From the NCBI RefSeq assembly GCF_000981785.2, contig NZ_CP011304.1, positions 4,080,001 to 4,112,000 of the forward strand: a stretch of DNA of 32,000 nucleotides. Reading direction: 5' to 3'. Shown here one piece after another: positions 19,701 through 27,469 of the stretch. The notes beneath the pieces are model-generated. The model was not told the DNA's origin. It saw only the letters and a list, made by a program, of their open reading frames with translations, and searched no databases. Within the stretch, counting starts at the first letter, position 1; each line of letters opens with the position of its first letter. A program made the position numbers and the translations under genes. Source of the stretch: Microcystis aeruginosa NIES-2549. GTDB taxonomy: Bacteria; Cyanobacteriota; Cyanobacteriia; Cyanobacteriales; Microcystaceae.

Positions 19701-19741
19701 TTTCTCCTTGGCAGATAGCTACATGGTTATTAAAGAATTAA
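16733..19741 (+). CDS. Glycoside hydrolase family 38 alpha-mannosidase
   Basis: 1002-aa ORF with the GH38 N-terminal catalytic signature [16 protein letters not shown], then [16 protein letters not shown] and [11 protein letters not shown]. Confidence 0.9.
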   Translation: MSPLDNIAKLSHLTRTDVQKNWFIATAAGKPIQPVTLNEKQYIIWPAGRQIQYLTQKIIVPEHLAGYPLAGMELRLILTWWAEDVKIYVNNQFIQAGDLFDSSTRILLSNSVSTGQEILVTLRLVSPNHDIGGLMKSELIYEHSQAIDPSFVADELTILHNYLQTFYPENLAAFTATLDNIDWDNVTNKDKFNQSLESIRQSLQPLAQPLKERSFHLLGHAHLDMAWLWPLAETWQVAKNTFISVLNLQKDFPALIFGHSSPLIYEWIEKHHPDLFQAMLEAYKGQSWELLGGMWVEPEVNLISGESLFRQLLYGQKYFQEKFGQITKTAWLPDTFGFPYQLPQILKSFGIKYFITGKLHWNDTTKFPHGFFWWQSPDGSKILSLMSPPNVAGVMDTNPIIMTDHALNWERQTGLKDIFWLPGVGDHGGGPTRDMLEVAQRWQKSPFFPQLKFSQATTYLDSLETSNLPIWDDELYLEFHRGCYTTHADQKAYNRYCEILLYKGELWSSLANILLEIPYPKVEIESAWKKVLLNQFHDILPGTSIPEVFRDANQLWRQVITTGEAILDQALQAIANQINLPNPPHPQAKPFLVFNSLNWERTQVISLAIESVNCSVYDWDNCLCPSQLSHDNQLLFLAENIPSVGYKLFWLVANQQAAEQNLTNCQFILDNGLLKVTINSETGDIDSIFDIINQKEILQAAGNQLQAFKDQGQYWDAWNIDPNYQQYPLPKTVLKSIECLECGPLRWQIRVIRSLADSEFCQDYILEKDAPILQIKTIVNWQQEHTLVKTAFPLTLNSDFTTYEIACGAIERSHEPESPKWEVYAHKWADLTDKEAQYGVSLLNNNKYGYDATNQQLRLTLLRSPRWPDPEADLGTQEFTYAIYPHQGNWKTAKTVHHAWQLNSPVNVIFITNSSRSNRLPPVAQWLKFSADNLILMSFKQSETAARGWVMRVYECQGENAVIDWQNQLQLTIKESIDGLERAIDPIEQLSPWQIATWLLKN

Positions 19742-19869
19742 TCTTCGTGATCTTCAAAAGGATCGCTTAATTCTGCTGCTGGCGGTCCAAAAGCGGTATA
19801 AAGAGCTAAAGCGGTAATCCCCACCAAAGCAGCAGCGATCGAAATCCCCAAAATTGTTGCAGTTTCCAT
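19738..19869 (-). CDS. psbN: Photosystem II assembly protein PsbN (43 aa)
   Basis: Below the ORF-track size cut-off. My translation from ATG 19869..19867 is [43 protein letters not shown], which matches the conserved PsbN pattern (METAT...YTAFGPP..EL.DPFE.HED). Stop TAA is at 19740..19738. Confidence 0.9.
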   Translation of the reverse strand: METATILGISIAAALVGITALALYTAFGPPAAELSDPFEDHED

Positions 19870-20037
19870 AGAATAAAATTTGCTTAGATACAGTCTGTAT
19901 CTTATCTTAACAAAATATAACCGATCTCGCAGCCGATAACGATCGCTAATCTGGCCGGTTGCATTGCTGTTATCTCATGCCCGATAATGCTGAAAGGATC
20001 GACTCAATAGCGATCAAACTAAACCAGAAAAATTATT

Positions 20038-20886
20038 ATGAAGAAACTCCTACAGGGACTAGAAAAGTTCCAGAGTGGTTATTTTGATGAACATCGGCAA
20101 TTATTTGAGCAACTCTCCCACGGACAAAAACCGAGAATCCTGTTTATTACCTGTTCCGATTCCAGGATCGATCCTAACCTAATTACCCAAGCGGAGGTGG
20201 GGGAATTATTCGTAATTCGTAATGCGGGAAATATAATTCCTCCCTACGGAGCAACCAATGGTGGTGAAGGTGCATCTATAGAATATGCTATCAACGCTCT
20301 CGGCATCGAGCAAGTGATTATCTGCGGTCACTCCCATTGTGGAGCGATGAAAGGTTTGTTAAAATTGCAGAGTCTAGCCGATGAAATGCCTTTAGTTTAC
20401 AATTGGTTAAAACAAGCAGAAGCTACTCGACGTTTAGTTAAGGATAATTACAAAGAATTAGAAGGGGAAGAACTGATCGAGGTGACAGTAGCAGAAAATG
20501 TTCTCAATCAGTTAAGTAATTTACAAAGCTATCCAATTATTCGTTCCCGATTACATCAGGGTAAATTGTCCCTACACGGTTGGATTTTTCGGATTGAAAC
20601 TGGCGAAATTTTAGCCTACGATCCCATCCTGCACGATTTTGTCGCTCCCCATAGTAAAATTACCCACCCCGAAGCAGAAGACAATTTACCCTCTAGTCGT
20701 CATCTTCCCAATAGTCATCCCTTCAAGATTTCTGAGGATTATATCAGGACTCAGGCGGATCTAAAAAAAGCGACTCCTGCGGTTAATACTGTGGCGAAAA
20801 AGAATGGCTCCTCAACCCAAAAACCGGGCTATAATTATTTAGAACCCTCCCAAGCTGATCGCATTTATCGCGGTTCGAGAAGTTAA
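20038..20886 (+). CDS. ccaA: Beta-class carbonic anhydrase with C-terminal extension (carboxysomal CcaA/IcfA type)
   Basis: 282-aa ORF with zinc ligand motifs ITCSDSRIDP and ICGHSHCGAM, plus a ~70-aa C-terminal tail as in carboxysomal CcaA. Confidence 0.85.
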   Translation: MKKLLQGLEKFQSGYFDEHRQLFEQLSHGQKPRILFITCSDSRIDPNLITQAEVGELFVIRNAGNIIPPYGATNGGEGASIEYAINALGIEQVIICGHSHCGAMKGLLKLQSLADEMPLVYNWLKQAEATRRLVKDNYKELEGEELIEVTVAENVLNQLSNLQSYPIIRSRLHQGKLSLHGWIFRIETGEILAYDPILHDFVAPHSKITHPEAEDNLPSSRHLPNSHPFKISEDYIRTQADLKKATPAVNTVAKKNGSSTQKPGYNYLEPSQADRIYRGSRS

Positions 20887-20968
20887 TTAGGGATTACAGA
20901 AATTCTCTAGAGATGTGCCTATTAACGTCTCTAGAGTGGCAATTAAACGATAACTGCTATACTCCTCT

Positions 20969-21985
20969 ATGGCTTCCCCAAAAGATTTTATTAGTCCCGT
21001 CAATTCCGAGCAAGAGTTAGTCTATCCTTTTCGGAACTATCTTAACTATCTGCACGCAAAATACTCTGATTTACAGACGGGTCATATCGCCGATTATATT
21101 CCGGAATTAGCCCTAGCAGCTCCAGAATGGTTTGGTATTTCTGTAATTAGCACTGATGGTCAGATTTTTGAGGTGGGAGACTGTCAGCAAACCTTTACAG
21201 TACAATCAATTTCTAAAGCTTTTGTCTTTGGATTGGCCCTAGAAGATCACGGAAGGGAATACGTTAATAGTAAAGTCGGTGTTGAACCCACCGGAGAAGC
21301 TTTTAACTCGATTATTCTCGATGAAAAAACCAATCGTCCCTATAATCCTATGGTTAATGCTGGTGCGATCGCTACTACGGATTTAATCACCGGACAGAAT
21401 GCCACCGAAAGGCTAAAACGTATTTTAGAAATGTTTAAACGCTATACGGGTAGGGATCACGAGATTAATGTCCCCGTTTTTCTCTCGGAAAAATCCACCG
21501 GCAATCGCAATCGGGCCATGGCTTATCTGATGCTAAATTTTGGCATGGTCAGCGATAAAATTGAAGAAACCCTCGACCTTTACTGTCAACAATGTGCCAT
21601 CCTCGTCCATGCTCACGATTTAGCTCTGATGGCTGCTACCTTAGCTAATGGGGGTGTCAACCCAATCACAGGAATACGGGCGATCGATGAACACTACGTT
21701 CAAGATGTGATCAGTGTTATGCTTACCTGTGGAATGTACGACGCTTCAGGAGAATGGGCCTATCGGGTAGGATTACCAGCAAAAAGCGGTGTCGGTGGCG
21801 GAATTACGGCAGTAGTTCCCCATCAGTTGGGAATTGGGACTTTTTCGCCCCTTTTAGATGAAAAAGGCAACAGCATCAGAGGAGTGAAAATTTGTCAAGA
21901 TATTTCAGAGGATTTTGGTTTACATTTATTCAATGTGGCTAAACCAGAACGAGATTTAAAAACGTGGCTTGAAGGTAATAGTTGA
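20969..21985 (+). CDS. glsA: Glutaminase A
   Basis: 338-aa ORF with the serine-lysine catalytic motif [10 protein letters not shown], then [15 protein letters not shown] and [11 protein letters not shown]. Confidence 0.9.
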   Translation: MASPKDFISPVNSEQELVYPFRNYLNYLHAKYSDLQTGHIADYIPELALAAPEWFGISVISTDGQIFEVGDCQQTFTVQSISKAFVFGLALEDHGREYVNSKVGVEPTGEAFNSIILDEKTNRPYNPMVNAGAIATTDLITGQNATERLKRILEMFKRYTGRDHEINVPVFLSEKSTGNRNRAMAYLMLNFGMVSDKIEETLDLYCQQCAILVHAHDLALMAATLANGGVNPITGIRAIDEHYVQDVISVMLTCGMYDASGEWAYRVGLPAKSGVGGGITAVVPHQLGIGTFSPLLDEKGNSIRGVKICQDISEDFGLHLFNVAKPERDLKTWLEGNS

Positions 21986-22053
21986 TATTGATAGCTGTCC
22001 CCGACAAGAGCGCCTAACGGCCCTGGGAAATTAATTTGGCCAGAGGTCTGTGG

Positions 22054-22186
22054 AAAAAAATGTCATAAACCTCTTGACAAAAGCAGCGGGTTGTGTGTAA
22101 TATAAATACTGTGTGAGGAGTATAAGTTCAGCATAAGAAGAACCTTTGGGGTCGAAACACGGCAAGACTCCCAGAGGTTCTTCTTT
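22054..22186 (-). ncRNA. Candidate sRNA carrying the Yfr1 signature ACUCCUCACAC (strand and ends uncertain)
   Basis: On the minus strand there is a 16-bp stem-loop (22185..22135), then 13 nt, then the exact 11-mer ACTCCTCACAC (22121..22111). Further on is a weak hairpin TGTCA-N9-TGACA (22079..22061) followed by T7 (22060..22054). At ~133 nt this is longer than the 50-70 nt I recall for Yfr1, and I see no convincing minus-strand promoter. Confidence 0.35.
22074..22103 (+). promoter_or_regulatory. Sigma70-like promoter candidate, TTGACA-N18-TAATAT
   Basis: Perfect -35 TTGACA (22074..22079), 18-nt spacer, TAATAT (22098..22103). It would drive a ~80-nt plus-strand RNA ending at the terminator 22135..22190. 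This is an alternative reading of the same locus. Confidence 0.3.
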
Positions 22187-22190
22187 TTCA
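22135..22190 (+). terminator. Intrinsic terminator (plus strand), about 150 nt downstream of glsA
   Basis: AAGAAGAACCTTTGGG (22135..22150) pairs with CCCAGAGGTTCTTCTT (22170..22185): 16 bp including one G-U pair, with a 19-nt loop. The 3' side is T-rich (TTCTTCTTTTT). Confidence 0.55.
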
Positions 22191-22277
22191 CTCCCTTATT
22201 GGCTCAAAGTCAGCCATAAAATCAGGTTTTTCCCTGATCGCTAGTTTTTCCTCAATTTATCCCTTCTAGGTCTGTTT

Positions 22278-22423
22278 GGCTCTTCTAGGTTCTGTGTGAT
22301 AAGTTTAACTTACTCTATGATCGATCAATCTTTGTGTCCTTTGTGTCTTTGTGGTTCCTTCCACTCGCTCGCCAGCAGGACTGTATCTTAGAATACATTT
22401 TGCCCACCAAACCTAAGAGAGCC
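22278..22423 (+). mobile_element. MITE-like element, copy A (146 bp) with 14-nt imperfect terminal inverted repeats and a 7-bp target-site duplication
   Basis: The left end GGCTCTTCTAGGTT and the reverse complement of the right end GGCTCTCTTAGGTT match at 12 of 14 positions. It is flanked by TCTGTTT on both sides (22271..22277 and 22424..22430) and is near-identical to the inverted copy at 27249..27393. Confidence 0.85.
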
Positions 22424-22529
22424 TCTGTTTTTGTTTACCAAGAGCAACAGGTCAAAATTTTGCCGAAGAAACTGCACAAGAGAAGTGTAATTGCTCGTAA
22501 AATTGGGAATTAAGTACAAGGGCAATCCT

Positions 22530-22889
22530 ATGGCAGATAAAAATAACGGTAACGGTGGCTTATTCCTCGTCGGGGTTTTAGTGGGCAGTGCGATCGGGGC
22601 AGTGGCGGGTTTATTAGTAGCGCCGAGATCTGGAAAAGAAACCCGTCGAATTCTGCAAAAATCCGCCCAGGCTTTGCCAGAATTAGCCGAAGATCTGACC
22701 ACGACGATGCAATTGCAGGCCGATCGCCTATCGGAATCGGCCCGGCGTAATTGGGATGATACTTTAATGAGATTAAAAGAGGCGGTGACAGCCGGAATCG
22801 AAGCTAGTCAAAGTCTAGCCACCGACAATCCCTCCCCCGACTCGCAAGAATCCCCCCAAGGCGATAATCAACACTCGAATCACTATTAA
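22530..22889 (+). CDS. YtxH domain-containing protein
   Basis: The ORF is 22491..22889 (TTG). I prefer ATG at 22530 (MADKNNGNGGLFLVGVLVGSAIGAVAGLLVAPRSGKETRRIL...), the typical YtxH N-terminal helix plus motif. Confidence 0.75.
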   Translation: MADKNNGNGGLFLVGVLVGSAIGAVAGLLVAPRSGKETRRILQKSAQALPELAEDLTTTMQLQADRLSESARRNWDDTLMRLKEAVTAGIEASQSLATDNPSPDSQESPQGDNQHSNHY

Positions 22890-23255
22890 ATGACCGAACC
22901 TATTTTCTGGCTAGGATGTTCTTTACTGCTAGTCGCCGTTAGTTTAACGGCGGTTTTCATCGCCGCTTTGCCTGCCCTGCAAGAGTTAGCCCGGGCAGCC
23001 CGCAGTGCCGAAAAACTATTCGATACCCTCCATCGGGAATTTCCCCCGACTCTAGAAGCAATTCGCCTGACAGGGGCGGAAATCAGCGAATTAACCGACA
23101 ATATCGATGAAGGGGTCAAAAGTACCCGCCAAGTTGTCCAAGGAGTCGATCGCAGTCTCGGTAGTGCTAAAGCTGGTCTTAGCAAGCTCGATCGTGGCAG
23201 CCGTCGCCTCTTGATCGGTTTTAAAGTCGCTTGGAATACTTGGAAACGCAGTTAA
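22890..23255 (+). CDS. DUF948-like membrane protein, translationally adjacent to the ytxH-like gene
   Basis: 121-aa ORF with an N-terminal TM helix followed by a helical region (ALQELARAARSAEKLFDTL...). Its ATG directly abuts the upstream TAA (TAAATG at 22887..22892). Confidence 0.6.
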   Translation: MTEPIFWLGCSLLLVAVSLTAVFIAALPALQELARAARSAEKLFDTLHREFPPTLEAIRLTGAEISELTDNIDEGVKSTRQVVQGVDRSLGSAKAGLSKLDRGSRRLLIGFKVAWNTWKRS

Positions 23256-23261
23256 GCAGAT

Positions 23262-23312
23262 GGGGAAGTGGGGTGTAGGGTGTGGGGTGTAGGGTGTGGG
23301 GTGTAGGGAAGG
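23262..23312 (+). repeat. Tandem heptamer array (AAGTGGG, GTGTAGG, GTGTGGG units, about 7 units), G-rich on the plus strand
   Basis: GGGGAAGTGGGGTGTAGGGTGTGGGGTGTAGGGTGTGGGGTGTAGGGAAGG. It starts 6 nt after the stop of the DUF948-like gene and is the reverse-complement family of 4514..4611. Confidence 0.95.
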
Positions 23313-23465
23313 AAATCTCTTTCATCTCTGGTGGTGAAAATTTTTTCATCGGGACTGACTCGGAGAATACAGACTCCTGACTCCTGATAACTGGGTGACT
23401 AAAGTTGAGAATTCCCTTAAGATAAAGTAAATAAGTGTAAAGAAACTGAAAGTTAGCCTACACCC

Positions 23466-24305
23466 TTGCTGAAAAAATTCTCATTGTCTAGAAGTGCTAT
23501 GCTCAATCGTTTTTGCCGAGGAATCTCGATCGCTCTTGTAATTGGTGTCATTAGCTGTCTGGGTTGGATTATCTGCCCGGATCAAGCTCTAGCGGTGAAT
23601 AATCCTGAATTACTGCCCAATCAAGCCACTCCGATCGTTGATTTAGCCAATTATCTACCCGCAAAACAGGAAGAGGCATTAATCCGAGATATCGAGACAT
23701 TTCAAGGGGAAACCGGCTGGAAAATGCGAGTTTTAACTCAATATGACCGCAGCCCCGGCCGGGCAGTGATTAATTTCTGGGGATTAGATGATAAAAGTAT
23801 TCTCCTAGTGGCCGATGGTCGCGGCGGTAATCTACTATCTTTTAGTATTGGTGATGCCGTCTATGAATTTTTACCCCGCACTTTTTGGATCGAATTACAG
23901 GCCCGTTTCGGTAATATGTATTTTGTCCGGGAAAATGGCGAAAATAATGCGATCGTACAATCCTTAGACACGGTAAAAGGCTGTTTAGTTAAAGGTGGTT
24001 GTGCGGTGGTCCCCGGTTTACCGAGGGAACAGTGGATACTAACTTTAATTACCTCAATTGTCGGCGGTTTAGTCTTCGGTTTTGCCGGTATTCCTCGCAA
24101 AGAAGGACAGGTTTTCGCTTGGCAATGGGTTTTAATTGTCTCTCCCCTCTGGTTTATCCTCTTTGTTGCTTTTGGCATAGGACCGGTGGTTACTCGCACC
24201 AGTGAATTACTGCCCCTTTTCCGCAATTTAATCGGTTTTGTCCTCGGGATTTTAGTCGCCTATCTTTCCCCTCGTTTTAATTCCCTCAACGCCTCAAAAA
24301 CCTAA
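23466..24305 (+). CDS. TPM-domain (DUF477) membrane protein
   Basis: 279-aa ORF (TTG start; alternative ATG at 23499). It has a signal or anchor segment, then a TPM-like start IVDLANYLPAKQEEALIRDIETFQGETGWKMRVLTQ, and C-terminal TM helices. Confidence 0.7.
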   Translation: MLKKFSLSRSAMLNRFCRGISIALVIGVISCLGWIICPDQALAVNNPELLPNQATPIVDLANYLPAKQEEALIRDIETFQGETGWKMRVLTQYDRSPGRAVINFWGLDDKSILLVADGRGGNLLSFSIGDAVYEFLPRTFWIELQARFGNMYFVRENGENNAIVQSLDTVKGCLVKGGCAVVPGLPREQWILTLITSIVGGLVFGFAGIPRKEGQVFAWQWVLIVSPLWFILFVAFGIGPVVTRTSELLPLFRNLIGFVLGILVAYLSPRFNSLNASKT

Positions 24306-24320
24306 GAATTAGGGGCTTGT

Positions 24321-24351
24321 CAGTGATCAGTGATCAGTAATCAGTAAACAG
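24321..24351. repeat. CAGTGAT-family heptamer array (CAGTGAT, CAGTGAT, CAGTAAT, CAGTAAA, CAG)
   Basis: Read directly. It lies 16 nt after the TPM gene stop. Confidence 0.9.
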
Positions 24352-24444
24352 AAAGTAGCGAAGTTTTTACCTATAAATGATATCTGACGGCGGCCCCTCA
24401 TGGTTTGATCGATCTAGCTCTGTTACAATTAGAAACATTGTGGA

Positions 24445-25167
24445 GTGAGTGAGATAACGTTTATGTGGGTCAATACTCAAAGTGAGATTATTAGTAAGGT
24501 TTTGCCGCCAGCAGTACGTCTGTTCTTAAGAACGCAAGTAGAACAGATAGAAGATTTAGAAATGCAGCTGCACGGTCATGATCGGCAAATTTTGCGCGGT
24601 TATATCCCCGGGGTATTTTTAGCCGTAGGAAAAGCGATTTATCAGGGTTTACATCTAGGTAAAGCGCAATTAAGAGGGGAAAATATTCGTCTTAATATTG
24701 GTCAGGTTTTGCGAGGGAAACCTCTAAAAATTTTGGAACCTATTCGGGTTAGCGGTGAGGTGGAAATTAACGAGCAGGATTTAAATAATTCGATCGCCTC
24801 GACTATTTTAGTTAATGCTTTGGCGGATTTACTAATTTTTTCCCTAGAAAATAACGGAGTTGTTAACGCCAGAGAAATTATCTCTCAACAGCGTTTTAAC
24901 TGGAAAAATGTTCTCTTAAATCAGGGTTATTTCTCTCTTCTCGGCCATAGAGAAACGGGTGCGGAAGTAATTTTTAGCGCTGATATTACCTTAAAAGATG
25001 CCCGCACTTTAGGGATTAGTCCCCGACAATGGCAAGGTTTAGCCCCAGATTTATCTATTGATTTGCAACCTTTTACCGTCGATTTAGGCAAAGATGTGGA
25101 GATTAAATCTTTTATTCTCGACGATCAAACTCTTTTCTGTCAGGGAAGTTTTTTGATTTTACCTTAA
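24445..25167 (+). CDS. DUF2993 (LmeA-like) family protein
   Basis: 240-aa ORF (GTG 24445; alternative ATG 24463) with LPPAVRLFLRTQVEQIEDLEMQLHGHDRQILRGYIPGVFLAVGKAIYQGLHLGKAQLRGENIRLNIGQVLRGKPLKILEPIRV. This matches my memory of the cyanobacterial DUF2993 pattern. Confidence 0.6.
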   Translation: MSEITFMWVNTQSEIISKVLPPAVRLFLRTQVEQIEDLEMQLHGHDRQILRGYIPGVFLAVGKAIYQGLHLGKAQLRGENIRLNIGQVLRGKPLKILEPIRVSGEVEINEQDLNNSIASTILVNALADLLIFSLENNGVVNAREIISQQRFNWKNVLLNQGYFSLLGHRETGAEVIFSADITLKDARTLGISPRQWQGLAPDLSIDLQPFTVDLGKDVEIKSFILDDQTLFCQGSFLILP

Positions 25168-25186
25168 AAATAAACGGGATGATTCC

Positions 25187-25212
25187 GGTGGGTTAAACTA
25201 AGTTAACCCACC
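25187..25212. terminator. Hairpin between convergent genes (possible bidirectional terminator)
   Basis: GGTGGGTTAA-ACTAAG-TTAACCCACC, a 10-bp perfect stem, lies between stops at 25167 (+) and 25218 (-). There is no clear U-run. Confidence 0.45.
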
Positions 25213-25217
25213 AATTA

Positions 25218-26456
25218 TTACCCTCTATTCTGTGCAATCAAAATAACTGTTTGCATTAGTCCAACCAGAAGACCGAGAATCCCACCGAGATTAACAATTC
25301 CCTGTAATTCCTGTTTAACAATGCCTTGAATAGCATTTTCCAGATCAGCAGGGGAAGTGGCATTTACCCGATCGCGGATTACCTGATCGATGTTGAGAAT
25401 TGGGATAATTTGGGCGACTAATTTCTCTAAATCTTCCTCTAAATAACGCTCTAAAATTAACGCTAACTCTTGACTAATTACCCCTAATGATGTAGTCATT
25501 GACTCCGAAGATTGCAGACGATTAATAATTAAATTAGCGATTTGATCCCAGTCGATCGTTTGTCCAAAATCTTGCAGAAATTGTTCGCCACTTTCTTGAA
25601 TATAAATTCGCACCGTATCCCTGGTGGTTTTACGCAATTGTCTGACGGTGGAGATAGGTAAATTTTGTAAAGAGATACTTTGTAACCAGTTTTTCAGACG
25701 ATTACGCATCTCTAAAGATAGTAATAATTCTTTGATTCTGGTATTAGCTAAATCTTTTTCATCAAGGCAAAAAGTGCGTAAGCGGGCCAGGGCATTGCGT
25801 AAACCGAATAAATTGGCTACTACCCAATAGGTTCCACTGGTTTTTTCCCGAAATCCTTCATCGATAACTTGAATATTGCGATCGGTTAAAAAGTCGATCA
25901 AAGCTAGACGGATAACATCGGCAGGTAAGACGGTTTCTAATAGCCAATCGGAGAATTGTCGCGCCTGTTGTTCACTGAGAGAAAATTCTAAGACTAGGCG
26001 ATCAAAAATTTGATTGATCTGTTTTTCTAAAAAGTCCTGCCGTCGGGCTAAAACTTTTAGTAATCTCGCTAAAGATTCCCCGAATAAATCGTGAAGAATC
26101 GCCGCCAAAATCTCGGCTGTTTTTGCTTGCCGATCGCCTTTTATTTGTTTTAAAGCTAATTGTAACAGCCAGAGTATCGCCCCCTGTACCCTTTCGGTGT
26201 CGAGGAGTCGTTTAGCCAGTTTTTGTAGTTCCTCGGGGGTTAACAGGGAACCCATGATCGTATCCGATACCCGGACAGCTAATCGATCTTGATTGCGAGG
26301 AATTAACCCCGGAGTGAAGGGAAGAGGACGCTTACCGATATAAATCGCCTTGTAGGGACGAAATAGCATTTTTATGGCTACATCGTTGGTAAAATAGCCA
26401 ATAATTGCCCCCGCGATCGGCGGTAAGATCCATGTCCAAAGAGTAGGGAGATTCAA
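25218..26456 (-). CDS. DUF445 family membrane protein
   Basis: 412-aa ORF with N-terminus [25 protein letters not shown] and a C-terminal TM helix, the typical DUF445 architecture. Confidence 0.75.
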   Translation of the reverse strand: MNLPTLWTWILPPIAGAIIGYFTNDVAIKMLFRPYKAIYIGKRPLPFTPGLIPRNQDRLAVRVSDTIMGSLLTPEELQKLAKRLLDTERVQGAILWLLQLALKQIKGDRQAKTAEILAAILHDLFGESLARLLKVLARRQDFLEKQINQIFDRLVLEFSLSEQQARQFSDWLLETVLPADVIRLALIDFLTDRNIQVIDEGFREKTSGTYWVVANLFGLRNALARLRTFCLDEKDLANTRIKELLLSLEMRNRLKNWLQSISLQNLPISTVRQLRKTTRDTVRIYIQESGEQFLQDFGQTIDWDQIANLIINRLQSSESMTTSLGVISQELALILERYLEEDLEKLVAQIIPILNIDQVIRDRVNATSPADLENAIQGIVKQELQGIVNLGGILGLLVGLMQTVILIAQNRG

Positions 26457-26491
26457 TTTAGCAGCAAAAAATAAACGGAAATGTGAGTGAG

Positions 26492-27190
26492 TTATTTCTT
26501 TAAGACTAACACTCCCATCAGTCCTGCTAGGAGTGGATAGTGAACAGCGCCGGAAAATCCCGACCGATAGCCTAATTTTACCTGTTCTGGGCCCATGGGA
26601 AAGCGATCGATACTGGGACTAATATAAGCGTACTGGTCAGTTAAGCCGTAGCGCTCGGCAGCCGGAACGACGATATGATCTAGATACCAGTTTTGGAATA
26701 ATTTGGCGATGGTTTCGGTGGGTTGATGGAAGTCAAGAATCGCCGCTTTAGCACCCGGTTTCAGGACTCGGTATAATTCCCCCAAACATTGGGCAATATC
26801 GACCACATTGCGTAATCCATAGCCAATAGTGGCACAATCAAAGCTAGAATCGGCAAAGGGTAAATTGAGGGCATCCCCCTCCATCCAGTTAATATTAGTG
26901 GCGCTAAAACGTTGACGGGCGATTTTTAATTGTTGTGGGGAAAAATCTAGTCCGATCACTTGGCCGGTTTTGCCCACTTGTTTTGATAATAGGTTAGTCA
27001 GGTCGCCGCTGCCACAACAGATATCGAGGGCAAAGTCCCCTTTTTCGGGTTGACACCATTTGACTGTCATTAATTTCCAGATATGGTGTAATCCTAAACT
27101 TAATTCCTGATTGAGTCGGTCATATTCGGGAGCGATCTGATCAAAAATTGCTTGTATTTCTGTGGAGTTAGGTGAGGATTGATTGGACAT
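26492..27190 (-). CDS. menG: 2-phytyl-1,4-naphthoquinone (demethylphylloquinone) methyltransferase, MenG/UbiE family
   Basis: The track ORF extends to 27337 (GTG), but its first 49 codons lie in intergenic and MITE sequence. The conserved protein starts at ATG 27190: [39 protein letters not shown]...[11 protein letters not shown]...YGLRNV. Confidence 0.85.
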   Translation of the reverse strand: MSNQSSPNSTEIQAIFDQIAPEYDRLNQELSLGLHHIWKLMTVKWCQPEKGDFALDICCGSGDLTNLLSKQVGKTGQVIGLDFSPQQLKIARQRFSATNINWMEGDALNLPFADSSFDCATIGYGLRNVVDIAQCLGELYRVLKPGAKAAILDFHQPTETIAKLFQNWYLDHIVVPAAERYGLTDQYAYISPSIDRFPMGPEQVKLGYRSGFSGAVHYPLLAGLMGVLVLKK

Positions 27191-27248
27191 TTTTATAATA
27201 TAGCACCAGAGAAAATCCCAGATGAAGTTATACCATTCTATCCTATCT

Positions 27249-27393
27249 GCTCTCCCAGGTTTGGTGGGTAAAATGTATTCTAGGATACAGTCCTGCTGGT
27301 GAGTGAGTGGAACGAACCACAAAGACACAAAGGACACAAAGATTGATCGATCATAGAGTAAGTTAAACTTATCACACAGAACCTAGAAGAGCC
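27249..27393 (-). mobile_element. MITE-like element, copy B (inverted relative to copy A), with target-site duplication
   Basis: Its reverse complement aligns end to end with 22278..22423, with only a handful of substitutions. It is flanked by TCCTATC(T) at 27241..27248 and 27394..27401 and sits 58 nt upstream of the menG start. Confidence 0.85.
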
Positions 27394-27469
27394 TCCTATC
27401 TCCGCTCACGGAGATAAGCTGTTGACCATCTACAGCAGTTATCTTCATGGTGGGGAACAGTAGCTTAGG

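Noticed and set aside
20905-20935. Pair of CTCTAGAG palindromes (CTCTAGAGA-N13-TCTCTAGAG) after the carbonic anhydrase gene, as a terminator or operator
   Set aside because: The stem is only 9 bp, each arm is self-complementary, and there is no U-run and no second occurrence in the window. That is too little evidence for a call.
22097-22109. GTA-N7-TAC next to glsA as an NtcA site
   Set aside because: NtcA sites are GTA-N8-TAC. The spacing here is one nt short, and the site overlaps the putative -10 rather than sitting at -41.5.
22388-22702. 104-aa minus-strand ORF
   Set aside because: It runs antisense to the well-supported ytxH-like gene and terminates inside MITE copy A. It is low-complexity and has no recognisable motifs.
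26492-27337. 281-aa version of the menG ORF starting at GTG 27337
   Set aside because: The first 49 codons lie in the MITE copy and spacer and have no MenG-like sequence. The conserved protein starts at ATG 27190.
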